DNA of 64,000 nucleotides, from NCBI GenBank assembly GCA_964016885.1, contig OZ024741.1, positions 279,186,001 to 279,250,000 of the forward strand, read 5' to 3'. Positions 52,101-64,000 of this stretch are shown here, piece by piece. The translations under genes were made by a program, and so were the position numbers. The notes beneath the pieces are model-generated. The model was given only the letters and a program-made list of their open reading frames with translations, made no database searches and had not been told where the DNA came from. The DNA is from Eledone cirrhosa. Its lineage: Eukaryota. Each line of letters starts with the position of its first letter. Within the stretch, counting starts at the first letter, position 1.

Positions 52101-55100
52101 CCATACCAGGCCTTTCTACTTTCCAGCCCATATAAGGCCTTTCTACTTTCCAGCCCATACAAGGCCTTTCTACTTTCCAGCCCATACAAGGCCTTTCTAC
52201 TTTCCAGTCCATATAAGGCCTTTCTACTTTCCAGCCCATACAAGGCCTTTCTACTTTCCAGCCCATATAAGGCCTTTCTACTTTCCAGCCCATACAAGGC
52301 CTTTCTACTTTCCAGCCCATACAAGGCCTTTCTACTTTCCAGCCCATACAAGGCCTTTCTACTTTCCAGCCCATACAAGGCCTTTCTACTTTCCAGCCCA
52401 TACAAGGCCTTTCTACTTTCCAGTCCATATAAGGCCTTTCTACTTTCCAGCCCATACAAGGCCTTTCTACTTTCCAGCCCATATAAGGCCTTTCTACTTT
52501 CCAGCCCATACAAGGCCTTTCTACTTTCCAGCCCATACAAGGCCTTTCTACTTTCCAGCCCATACAAGGCCTTTCTACTTTCCAGCCCATACAAGGCCTT
52601 TCTACTTTCCAGCCCATACAAGGCCTTTCTACTTTCCAGTCCATATAAGGCCTTTCTACTTTCCAGCCCATACAAGGCCTTTCTACTTTCCAGCCCATAC
52701 AAGGCCTTTCTACTTTCCAGCCCATACAAGGCCTTTCTACTTTCCAGCCCATACAAGGCCTTTCTACTTTCCAGCCCATACAAGGCCTTTCTACTTTCCA
52801 GTCCATATAAGGCCTTTCTACTTTCCAGCCCATACAAGGCCTTTCTACTTTCCAGCCCATACAAGGCCTTTCTACTTTCCAGCCCATACAAGGCCTTTCT
52901 ACTTTCCAGCCCATACAAGGCCTTTCTACTTTCCAGTCCATATAAGGCCTTTCTACTTTCCAGCCCATACAAGGCCTTTCTACTTTCCAGCCCATACAAG
53001 GCCTTTCTACTTTCCAGCCCATACAAGGCCTTTCTACTTTCCAGCCCATACAAGGCCTTTCTACTTTCCAGTCCATATAAGGCCTTTCTACTTTCCAGCC
53101 CATACAAGGCCTTTCTACTTTCCAGCCCATACAAGGCCTTTCTACTTTCCAGCCCATACAAGGCCTTTCTACTTTCCAGTCCATATAAAGCCTTTCTACT
53201 TTCCAGCCCATACAAGGCCTTTCTACTTTCCAGCCCATATAAGGCCTTTCTACTTTCCAGCCCATACAAGGCCTTTCTACTTTCCAGCCCATACAAGGCC
53301 TTTCTACTTTCCAGCCCATACAAGGCCTTTCTACTTTCCAGCCCATACAAGGCCTTTCTACTTTCCAGCCCATACAAGGCCTTTCTACTTTCCAGCCCAT
53401 ATAAGGCCTTTCTACTTTCCATTCCATACAAGGCCTTTCTACTTTCCAGTCCATACAAGGCCTTTCTACTTTCCAGCCCATACAAGGCCTTTCTACTTTC
53501 CAGCCCATATAAGGCCTTTCTACTTTCCAGCCCATACAAGGCCTTTCTACTTTCCAGTCCATATAAGGCCTTTCTACTTTCCAGTCCATATAAGGCCTTT
53601 CTACTTTCCAGCCCATACAAGGCCTTTCTACTTTCCAGCCCATATAAGGCCTTTCTACTTTCCATTCCATACAAGGCCTTTCTACTTTCCAGCCCATATA
53701 AGGCCTTTCTACTTTCCAGCCCATATAAGGCCTTTCTACTTTCCAGTCCATACAAGGCTTTTCTACTTTCCAGCCCATACAAGGCCTTTCTACTTTCCAG
53801 CCCATACAAGGCCTTTCTACTTTCCAGCCCATACAAGGCCTTTCTACTTTCCAGTCCATATAAGGCCTTTCTACTTTCCAGCCCATATAAGGCCTTTCTA
53901 CTTTCCAGCCCATATAAGGCCTTTCTACTTTCCAGTCCATACAAGGCTTTTCTACTTTCCAGCCCATACAAGGCCTTTCTACTTTCCAGCCCATACAAGG
54001 CCTTTCTACTTTCCAGCCCATATAAGGCCTTTCTACTTTCCAGCCCATATAAGGCCTTTCTACTTTCCAGCCCATATAAGGCCTTTCTACTTTCCAGCCC
54101 ATATAAGGCCTTTCTACTTTCCAGTCCATACAAGGCCTTTCTACTTTCCAGTCCATACAAGGCCTTTCTACTTTCCAGCCCATACAAGGCCTTTCTACTT
54201 TCCAGCCCATATAAGGCCTTTCTACTTTCCAGCCCATACAAGGCCTTTCTACTTTCCAGCCCATACAAGGCCTTTCTACTTTCCAGTCCATCAAGGCCTT
54301 TCTACTTTCCAGCCCATACAAGGCCTTTCTACTTTCCAGTCCATATAAGGCCTTTCTACTTTCCAGCCCATACAAGGCCTTTCTACTTTCCAGCCCATAC
54401 AAGGCCTTTGTACTTTCCAGCCCATATAAGGCCTTTCTACTTTCCAGCCCATACAAGGCCTTTCTACTTTCCAGTCCATCAAGGCCTTTCTACTTTCCAG
54501 CCCATACAAGGCCTTTCTACTTTCCAGTCCATATAAGGCCTTTCTACTTTCCAGCCCATACAAGGCCTTTCTACTTTCCAGCCCATACAAGGCCTTTCTA
54601 CTTTCCAGCCCATACAAGGCCTTTCTACTTTCCAGTCCATATAAGGCCTTTCTACTTTCCAGTCCATACAAGGCCTTTCTACTTTCCAGCCCATACAAGG
54701 CCTTTCTACTTTCCAGTCCATACAAGGCCTTTCTACTTTCCAGTCCATATAAGGCCTTTCTACTTTCCAGGCCATATAAGGCCTTTCTACTTTCCAGTCC
54801 ATACAAGGCCTTTCTACTTTCCAGCCCATATAAGGCCTTTCTACTTTCCAGCCCATACAAGGCCTTTCTACTTTCCAGGCCATATAAGGCCTTTCTACTT
54901 TCCAGTCCATACAAGGCCTTTCTACTTTCCAGCCCATATAAGGCCTTTCTACTTTCCAGCCCATACAAGGCCTTTCTACTTTCCAGTCCATACAAGGCCT
55001 TTCTACTTTCCAGCCCATACAAGGCCTTTCTACTTTCCAGTCCATATAAGGCCTTTCTACTTTCCAGTCCATATAAGGCCTTTCTACTTTCCAGTCCATA

Positions 55101-58100
55101 CAAGGCCTTTCTACTTTCCAGCCCATATAAGGCCTTTCTACTTTCCAGCCCATACCAGGCCTTTCTACTTTCCAGTCCATACAAGGCCTTTCTACTTTCC
55201 AGCCCATACAAGGCCTTTCTACTTTCCAGCCCATACAAGGCCTTTCTACTTTCCAGTCCATATAAGGCCTTTCTACTTTCCAGCCCATACAAGGCCTTTC
55301 TACTTTCCAGCCCATATAAGGCCTTTCTACTTTCCAGCCCATACAAGGCCTTTCTACTTTCCAGCCCATACAAGGCCTTTCTACTTTCCAGCCCATACAA
55401 GGCCTTTCTACTTTCCAGCCCATACAAGGCCTTTCTACTTTCCAGCCCATACAAGGCCTTTCTACTTTCCAGTCCATATAAGGCCTTTCTACTTTCCAGC
55501 CCATACAAGGCCTTTCTACTTTCCAGCCCATACAAGGCCTTTCTACTTTCCAGCCCATACAAGGCCTTTCTACTTTCCAGCCCATACAAGGCCTTTCTAC
55601 TTTCCAGCCCATACAAGGCCTTTCTACTTTCCAGTCCATATAAGGCCTTTCTACTTTCCAGCCCATACAAGGCCTTTCTACTTTCCAGCCCATACAAGGC
55701 CTTTCTACTTTCCAGCCCATACAAGGCCTTTCTACTTTCCAGCCCATACAAGGCCTTTCTACTTTCCAGTCCATATAAGGCCTTTCTACTTTCCAGCCCA
55801 TACAAGGCCTTTCTACTTTCCAGCCCATACAAGGCCTTTCTACTTTCCAGCCCGTACAAGGCCTTTCTACTTTCCAGCCCATACAAGGCCTTTCTACTTT
55901 CCAGCCCATATAAGGCCTTTCTACTTTCCAGCCCATACCAGGCCTTTCTACTTTCCAGCCCATACCAGGCCTTTCTACTTTCCAGCCCATATAAGGCCTT
56001 TCTACTTTCCAGCCCATACCAGGCCTTTCTACTTTCCAGCCCATACAAGGCCTTTCTACTTTCCAGCCCATACAAGGCCTTTCTACTTTCCAGTCCATCA
56101 AGGCCTTTCTACTTTCCAGCCCATACAAGGCCTTTCTACTTTCCAGTCCATACAAGGCCTTTCTACTTTCCAGCCCATACAAGGCCTTTCTACTTTCCAG
56201 TCCATATAAGGCCTTTCTACTTTCCAGTCCATCAAGGCCTTTCTACTTTCCAGCCCATACAAGGCCTTTCTACTTTCCAGCCCATACAAGGCCTTTCTAC
56301 TTTCCAGCCCATACAAGGCCTTTCTACTTTCCAGTCCATCAAGGCCTTTCTACTTTCCAGCCCATACAAGGCCTTTCTACTTTCCAGTCCATATAAGGCC
56401 TTTCTACTTTCCAGTCCATACAAGGTCTTTCTACTTTCCAGTCCATATAAGGCCTTTCTACTTTCCAGTCCATACAAGGCCTTTCTACTTTCCAGTCCAT
56501 ACAAGGTCTTTCTACTTTCCAGTCCATATAAGGCCTTTCTACTTTCCAGCCCATACAAGGCCTTTCTACTTTCCAGCCCATACAAGGCCTTTCTACTTTC
56601 CAGCCCATACAAGGCCTTTCTACTTTCCAGTCCATATAAGGCCTTTCTACTTTCCAGTCCATACAAGGCCTTTCTACTTTCCAGCCCATACAAGGCCTTT
56701 CTACTTTCCAGTCCATACAAGGCCTTTCTACTTTCCAGCCCATACAAGGCCTTTCTACTTTCCAGTCCATATAAGGCCTTTCTACTTTCCAGCCCATACA
56801 AGGCCTTTCTACTTTCCAGCCCATACAAGGCCTTTCTACTTTCCAGCCCATACAAGGCCTTTCTACTTTCCAGTCCATATAAGGCCTTTCTACTTTCCAG
56901 TCCATACAAGGCCTTTCTACTTTCCAGCCCATACAAGGCCTTTCTACTTTCCAGTCCATACAAGGCCTTTCTACTTTCCAGCCCATACAAGGCCTTTCTA
57001 CTTTCCAGGCCATATAAGGCCTTTCTACTTTCCAGTCCATACAAGGCCTTTCTACTTTCCAGCCCATATAAGGCCTTTCTACTTTCCAGCCCATACAAGG
57101 CCTTTCTACTTTCCAGGCCATATAAGGCCTTTCTACTTTCCAGTCCATACAAGGCCTTTCTACTTTCCAGACCATATAAGGCCTTTCTACTTTCCAGCCC
57201 ATACAAGGCCTTTCTACTTTCCAGTCCATACAAGGCCTTTCTACTTTCCAGCCCATACAAGGCCTTTCTACTTTCCAGTCCATATAAGGCCTTTCTACTT
57301 TCCAGTCCATATAAGTCCTTTCTACTTTCCAGTCCATATAAGGCCTTTCTACTTTCCAGCCCATACAAGGCCTTTCTACTTTCCAGCCCATACAAGGCCT
57401 TTCTACTTTCCAGTCCATACAAGGCCTTTCTACTTTCCAGTCCATATAAGGCCTTTCTACTTTCCAGCCCATACAAGGCCTTTCTACTTTCCAGCCCATA
57501 CAAGGCCTTTCTACTTTCCAGCCCATACAAGGCCTTTCTACTTTCCAGCCCATACAAGGCCTTTCTACTTTCCAGCCCATACAAGGCCTTTCTACTTTCC
57601 AGCCCATACAAGGCCTTTCTACTTTCCAGTCCATATAAGGCCTTTCTACTTTCCAGCCCATACAAGGCCTTTCTACTTTCCAGCCCATACAAGGCCTTTC
57701 TACTTTCCAGCCCGTACAAGGCCTTTCTACTTTCCAGCCCATACAAGGCCTTTCTACTTTCCAGCCCATATAAGGCCTTTCTACTTTCCAGCCCATACCA
57801 GGCCTTTCTACTTTCCAGCCCATACCAGGCCTTTCTACTTTCCAGCCCATATAAGGCCTTTCTACTTTCCAGCCCATACCAGGCCTTTCTACTTTCCAGC
57901 CCATACAAGGCCTTTCTACTTTCCAGCCCATACAAGGCCTTTCTACTTTCCAGCCCATACAAGGCCTTTCTACTTTCCAGCCCATACAAGGCCTTTCTAC
58001 TTTCCAGTCCATCAAGGCCTTTCTACTTTCCAGCCCATACAAGGCCTTTCTACTTTCCAGTCCATCAAGGCCTTTCTACTTTCCAGCCCATACAAGGCCT

Positions 58101-61100
58101 TTCTACTTTCCAGTCCATACAAGGCCTTTCTACTTTCCAGCCCATACAAGGCCTTTCTACTTTCCAGTCCATATAAGGCCTTTCTACTTTCCAGTCCATC
58201 AAGGCCTTTCTACTTTCCAGCCCATACAAGGCCTTTCTACTTTCCAGCCCATACAAGGCCTTTCTACTTTCCAGCCCATACAAGGCCTTTCTACTTTCCA
58301 GTCCATCAAGGCCTTTCTACTTTCCAGCCCATACAAGGCCTTTCTACTTTCCAGTCCATATAAGGCCTTTCTACTTTCCAGTCCATACAAGGTCTTTCTA
58401 CTTTCCAGTCCATATAAGGCCTTTCTACTTTCCAGTCCATACAAGGCCTTTCTACTTTCCAGTCCATACAAGGTCTTTCTACTTTCCAGTCCATATAAGG
58501 CCTTTCTACTTTCCAGCCCATACAAGGCCTTTCTACTTTCCAGCCCATACAAGGCCTTTCTACTTTCCAGCCCATACAAGGCCTTTCTACTTTCCAGTCC
58601 ATATAAGGCCTTTCTACTTTCCAGTCCATACAAGGCCTTTCTACTTTCCAGCCCATACAAGGCCTTTCTACTTTCCAGTCCATATAAGGCCTTTCTACTT
58701 TCCAGCCCATACAAGGCCTTTCTACTTTCCAGTCCATATAAGGCCTTTCTACTTTCCAGCCCATACCAGGCCTTCCTACTTTCCAGCCCATATAAGGCCT
58801 TTCTACTTTCCAGCCCATACAAGGCCTTTCTACTTTCCAGCCCATACAAGGCCTTTCTACTTTCCAGTCCATATAAGGCCTTTCTACTTTCCAGCCCATA
58901 CAAGGCCTTTCTACTTTCCAGCCCATATAAGGCCTTTCTACTTTCCAGCCCATACAAGGCCTTTCTACTTTCCAGCCCATACAAGGCCTTTCTACTTTCC
59001 AGCCCATACAAGGCCTTTCTACTTTCCAGCCCATACAAGGCCTTTCTACTTTCCAGCCCATACAAGGCCTTTCTACTTTCCAGTCCATATAAGGCCTTTC
59101 TACTTTCCAGCCCATACAAGGCCTTTCTACTTTCCAGCCCATATAAGGCCTTTCTACTTTCCAGCCCATACAAGGCCTTTCTACTTTCCAGCCCATACAA
59201 GGCCTTTCTACTTTCCAGTCCATACAAGGCCTTTCTACTTTCCAGCCCATACAAGGCCTTTCTACTTTCCAGGCCATATAAGGCCTTTCTACTTTCCAGT
59301 CCATACAAGGCCTTTCTACTTTCCAGCCCATATAAGGCCTTTCTACTTTCCAGCCCATACAAGGCCTTTCTACTTTCCAGGCCATATAAGGCCTTTCTAC
59401 TTTCCAGTCCATACAAGGCCTTTCTACTTTCCAGCCCATATAAGGCCTTTCTACTTTCCAGCCCATACAAGGCCTTTCTACTTTCCAGTCCATACAAGGC
59501 CTTTCTACTTTCCAGCCCATACAAGGCCTTTCTACTTTCCAGTCCATATAAGGCCTTTCTACTTTCCAGTCCATATAAGGCCTTTCTACTTTCCAGTCCA
59601 TACAAGGCCTTTCTACTTTCCAGCCCATATAAGGCCTTTCTACTTTCCAGCCCATACCAGGCCTTTCTACTTTCCAGTCCATACAAGGCCTTTCTACTTT
59701 CCAGCCCATACAAGGCCTTTCTACTTTCCAGCCCATACAAGGCCTTTCTACTTTCCAGTCCATATAAGGCCTTTCTACTTTCCAGCCCATACAAGGCCTT
59801 TCTACTTTCCAGCCCATATAAGGCCTTTCTACTTTCCAGCCCATACAAGGCCTTTCTACTTTCCAGCCCATACAAGGCCTTTCTACTTTCCAGCCCATAC
59901 AAGGCCTTTCTACTTTCCAGCCCATACAAGGCCTTTCTACTTTCCAGCCCATACAAGGCCTTTCTACTTTCCAGTCCATATAAGGCCTTTCTACTTTCCA
60001 GCCCATACAAGGCCTTTCTACTTTCCAGCCCATACAAGGCCTTTCTACTTTCCAGCCCATACAAGGCCTTTCTACTTTCCAGCCCATACAAGGCCTTTCT
60101 ACTTTCCAGCCCATCCAAGGCCTTTCTACTTTCCAGTCCATATAAGGCCTTTCTACTTTCCAGCCCATACAAGGCCTTTCTACTTTCCAGCCCATACAAG
60201 GCCTTTCTACTTTCCAGCCCATACAAGGCCTTTCTACTTTCCAGCCCATACAAGGCCTTTCTACTTTCCAGTCCATATAAGGCCTTTCTACTTTCCAGCC
60301 CATACAAGGCCTTTCTACTTTCCAGCCCATACAAGGCCTTTCTACTTTCCAGCCCATACAAGGCCTTTCTACTTTCCAGCCCATACAAGGCCTTTCTACT
60401 TTCCAGCCCATATAAGGCCTTTCTACTTTCCAGCCCATACCAGGCCTTTCTACTTTCCAGCCCATACCAGGCCTTTCTACTTTCCAGCCCATATAAGGCC
60501 TTTCTACTTTCCAGCCCATACCAGGCCTTTCTACTTTCCAGCCCATACAAGGCCTTTCTACTTTCCAGCCCATACAAGGCCTTTCTACTTTCCAGCCCAT
60601 ACAAGGCCTTTCTACTTTCCAGCCCATACAAGGCCTTTCTACTTTCCAGTCCATCAAGGCCTTTCTACTTTCCAGCCCATACAAGGCCTTTCTACTTTCC
60701 AGTCCATCAAGGCCTTTCTACTTTCCAGCCCATACAAGGCCTTTCTACTTTCCAGTCCATACAAGGCCTTTCTACTTTCCAGCCCATACAAGGCCTTTCT
60801 ACTTTCCAGTCCATATAAGGCCTTTCTACTTTCCAGTCCATCAAGGCCTTTCTACTTTCCAGCCCATACAAGGCCTTTCTACTTTCCAGCCCATACAAGG
60901 CCTTTCTACTTTCCAGCCCATACAAGGCCTTTCTACTTTCCAGTCCATCAAGGCCTTTCTACTTTCCAGCCCATACAAGGCCTTTCTACTTTCCAGTCCA
61001 TATAAGGCCTTTCTACTTTCCAGTCCATACAAGGTCTTTCTACTTTCCAGTCCATATAAGGCCTTTCTACTTTCCAGTCCATACAAGGCCTTTCTACTTT

Positions 61101-64000
61101 CCAGTCCATACAAGGTCTTTCTACTTTCCAGTCCATATAAGGCCTTTCTACTTTCCAGCCCATACAAGGCCTTTCTACTTTCCAGCCCATACAAGGCCTT
61201 TCTACTTTCCAGCCCATACAAGGCCTTTCTACTTTCCAGTCCATATAAGGCCTTTCTACTTTCCAGTCCATACAAGGCCTTTCTACTTTCCAGCCCATAC
61301 AAGGCCTTTCTACTTTCCAGTCCATATAAGGCCTTTCTACTTTCCAGCCCATACAAGGCCTTTCTACTTTCCAGTCCATATAAGGCCTTTCTACTTTCCA
61401 GCCCATACCAGGCCTTTCTACTTTCCAGCCCATATAAGGCCTTTCTACTTTCCAGCCCATACAAGGCCTTTCTACTTTCCAGCCCATACAAGGCCTTTCT
61501 ACTTTCCAGCCCATACAAGGCCTTTCTACTTTCCAGCCCATACAAGGCCTTTCTACTTTCCAGCCCATACAAGGCCTTTCTACTTTCCAGTCCATATAAG
61601 GCCTTTCTACTTTCCAGCCCATACAAGGCCTTTCTACTTTCCAGCCCATATAAGGCCTTTCTACTTTCCAGCCCATACAAGGCCTTTCTACTTTCCAGCC
61701 CATACAAGGCCTTTCTACTTTCCAGCCCATACAAGGCCTTTCTACTTTCCAGCCCATACAAGGCCTTTCTACTTTCCAGCCCATACAAGGCCTTTCTACT
61801 TTCCAGTCCATATAAGGCCTTTCTACTTTCCAACCCATACAAGGCCTTTCTACTTTCCAGCCCATACAAGGCCTTTCTACTTTCCAGCCCATACAAGGCC
61901 TTTCTACTTTCCAGCCCATACAAGGCCTTTCTACTTTCCAGTCCATATAAGGCCTTTCTACTTTCCAGCCCATACAAGGCCTTTCTACTTTCCAGCCCAT
62001 ACAAGGCCTTTCTACTTTCCAGCCCATACAAGGCCTTTCTACTTTCCAGCCCATACAAGGCCTTTCTACTTTCCAGTCCATATAAGGCCTTTCTACTTTC
62101 CAGCCCATACAAGGCCTTTCTACTTTCCAGCCCATACAAGGCCTTTCTACTTTCCAGCCCATACAAGGCCTTTCTACTTTCCAGCCCATACAAGGCCTTT
62201 CTACTTTCCAGTCCATATAAGGCCTTTCTACTTTCCAGCCCATACAAGGCCTTTCTACTTTCCAGCCCATACAAGGCCTTTCTACTTTCCAGCCCATACA
62301 AGGCCTTTCTACTTTCCAGTCCATATAAGGCCTTTCTACTTTCCAGCCCATACAAGGCCTTTCTACTTTCCAGCCCATATAAGGCCTTTCTACTTTCCAG
62401 CCCATACAAGGCCTTTCTACTTTCCAGCCCATACAAGGCCTTTCTACTTTCCAGCCCATACAAGGCCTTTCTACTTTCCAGCCCATACAAGGCCTTTCTA
62501 CTTTCCAGCCCATACAAGGCCTTTCTACTTTCCAGCCCATATAAGGCCTTTCTACTTTCCATTCCATACAAGGCCTTTCTACTTTCCAGTCCATACAAGG
62601 CCTTTCTACTTTCCAGCCCATACAAGGCCTTTCTACTTTCCAGCACATATAAGGCCTTTCTACTTTCCAGCCCATACAAGGCCTTTCTACTTTCCAGTCC
62701 ATATAAGGCCTTTCTACTTTCCAGTCCATATAAGGCCTTTCTACTTTCCAGCCCATACAAGGCCTTTCTAATTTCCAGCCCATATAAGGCCTTTCTACTT
62801 TCCATTCCATACAAGGCCTTTCTACTTTCCAGCCCATATAAGGCCTTTCTACTTTCCAGCCCATATAAGGCCTTTCTACTTTCCAGTCCATACAAGGCTT
62901 TTCTACTTTCCAGCCCATACAAGGCCTTTCTACTTTCCAGCCCATACAAGGCCTTTCTACTTTCCAGCCCATACAAGGCCTTTCTACTTTCCAGTCCATA
63001 TAAGGCCTTTCTACTTTCCAGCCCATATAAGGCCTTTCTACTTTCCAGCCCATATAAGGCCTTTCTACTTTCCAGTCCATACAAGGCTTTTCTACTTTCC
63101 AGCCCATACAAGGCCTTTCTACTTTCCAGCCCATACAAGGCCTTTCTACTTTCCAGCCCATATAAGGCCTTTCTACTTTCCAGCCCATATAAGGCCTTTC
63201 TACTTTCCAGCCCATATAAGGCCTTTCTACTTTCCAGCCCATATAAGGCCTTTCTACTTTCCAGTCCATACAAGGCCTTTCTACTTTCCAGTCCATACAA
63301 GGCCTTTCTACTTTCCAGCCCATACAAGGCCTTTCTACTTTCCAGCCCATATAAGGCCTTTCTACTTTCCAGCCCATACAAGGCCTTTCTTCTTTCCAGC
63401 CCATACAAGGCCTTTCTACTTTCCAGTCCATCAAGGACTTTCTACTTTCCAGCCCATACAAGGCCTTTCTACTTTCCAGTCCATATAAGGCCTTTCTACT
63501 TTCCAGCCCATACAAGGCCTTTCTACTTTCCAGCCCATACAAGGCCTTTCTACTTTCCAGCCCATATAAGGCCTTTCTACTTTCCAGCCCATACAAGGCC
63601 TTTCTACTTTCCAGTCCATCAAGGCCTTTCTACTTTCCAGCCCATACAAGGCCTTTCTACTTTCCAGTCCATATAAGGCCTTTCTACTTTCCAGCCCATA
63701 CAAGGCCTTTCTACTTTCCAGCCCATACAAGGCCTTTCTACTTTCCAGCCCATACAAGGCCTTTCTACTTTCCAGTCCATATAAGGCCTTTCTACTTTCC
63801 AGTCCATACAAGGCCTTTCTACTTTCCAGCCCATACAAGGCCTTTCTACTTTCCAGTCCATACAAGGCCTTTCTACTTTCCAGCCCATACAAGGCCTTTC
63901 TACTTTCCAGGCCATATAAGGCCTTTCTACTTTCCAGTCCATACAAGGCCTTTCTACTTTCCAGCCCATATAAGGCCTTTCTACTTTCCAGCCCATACAA
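49161..64000. repeat. 27-bp tandem satellite (>14.8 kb, runs off the window)
   Basis: Consensus ccatacaaggcctttctactttccag(c/t), with occasional 26-bp variants (ccatcaagg). Degenerate onset at ~49160-49290. Confidence 0.98.

Noticed and set aside
49089-64000. Very long ORFs (PAHTRPFYF, YGLESRKAL, MGWKVERPC repeats)
   Set aside because: They are translations of a 27-bp satellite that is open in several frames on both strands. The 26-bp variants shift frame freely and there are no unique domains.

Overview
AT-rich, microsatellite-dense animal genomic DNA with no recognisable host gene. The tRNA-derived SINE family and the (TA)n density suggest an octopus or other coleoid cephalopod (inference). 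Two satellites dominate: a ~21 kb array of a 41-bp monomer (~11870-32900, with 2175-bp and 2133-bp higher-order repeats) and a >14.8 kb array of a 27-bp monomer (~49160 to the window end). The rest is mobile-element DNA: a decayed Naiad-like Penelope-like element (PLE), a Neptune-type GIY-YIG fragment, a 3.5 kb head-to-head inverted PLE, a decayed Helitron with an intact 3' end, two RLE-type LINE fragments and several SINEs. The main observation is a set of at least 8 short fold-back (palindromic) elements from about 7 unrelated sequence families, all in or next to (TA)n tracts. Four of them carry back-to-back complete minimal type I hammerhead ribozymes (HHRs). I read 12 complete HHR motifs by eye, including U3-A8 and C4 core variants, plus half or atypical ones. 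Nearly all long ORFs in the track are translations of repeats.
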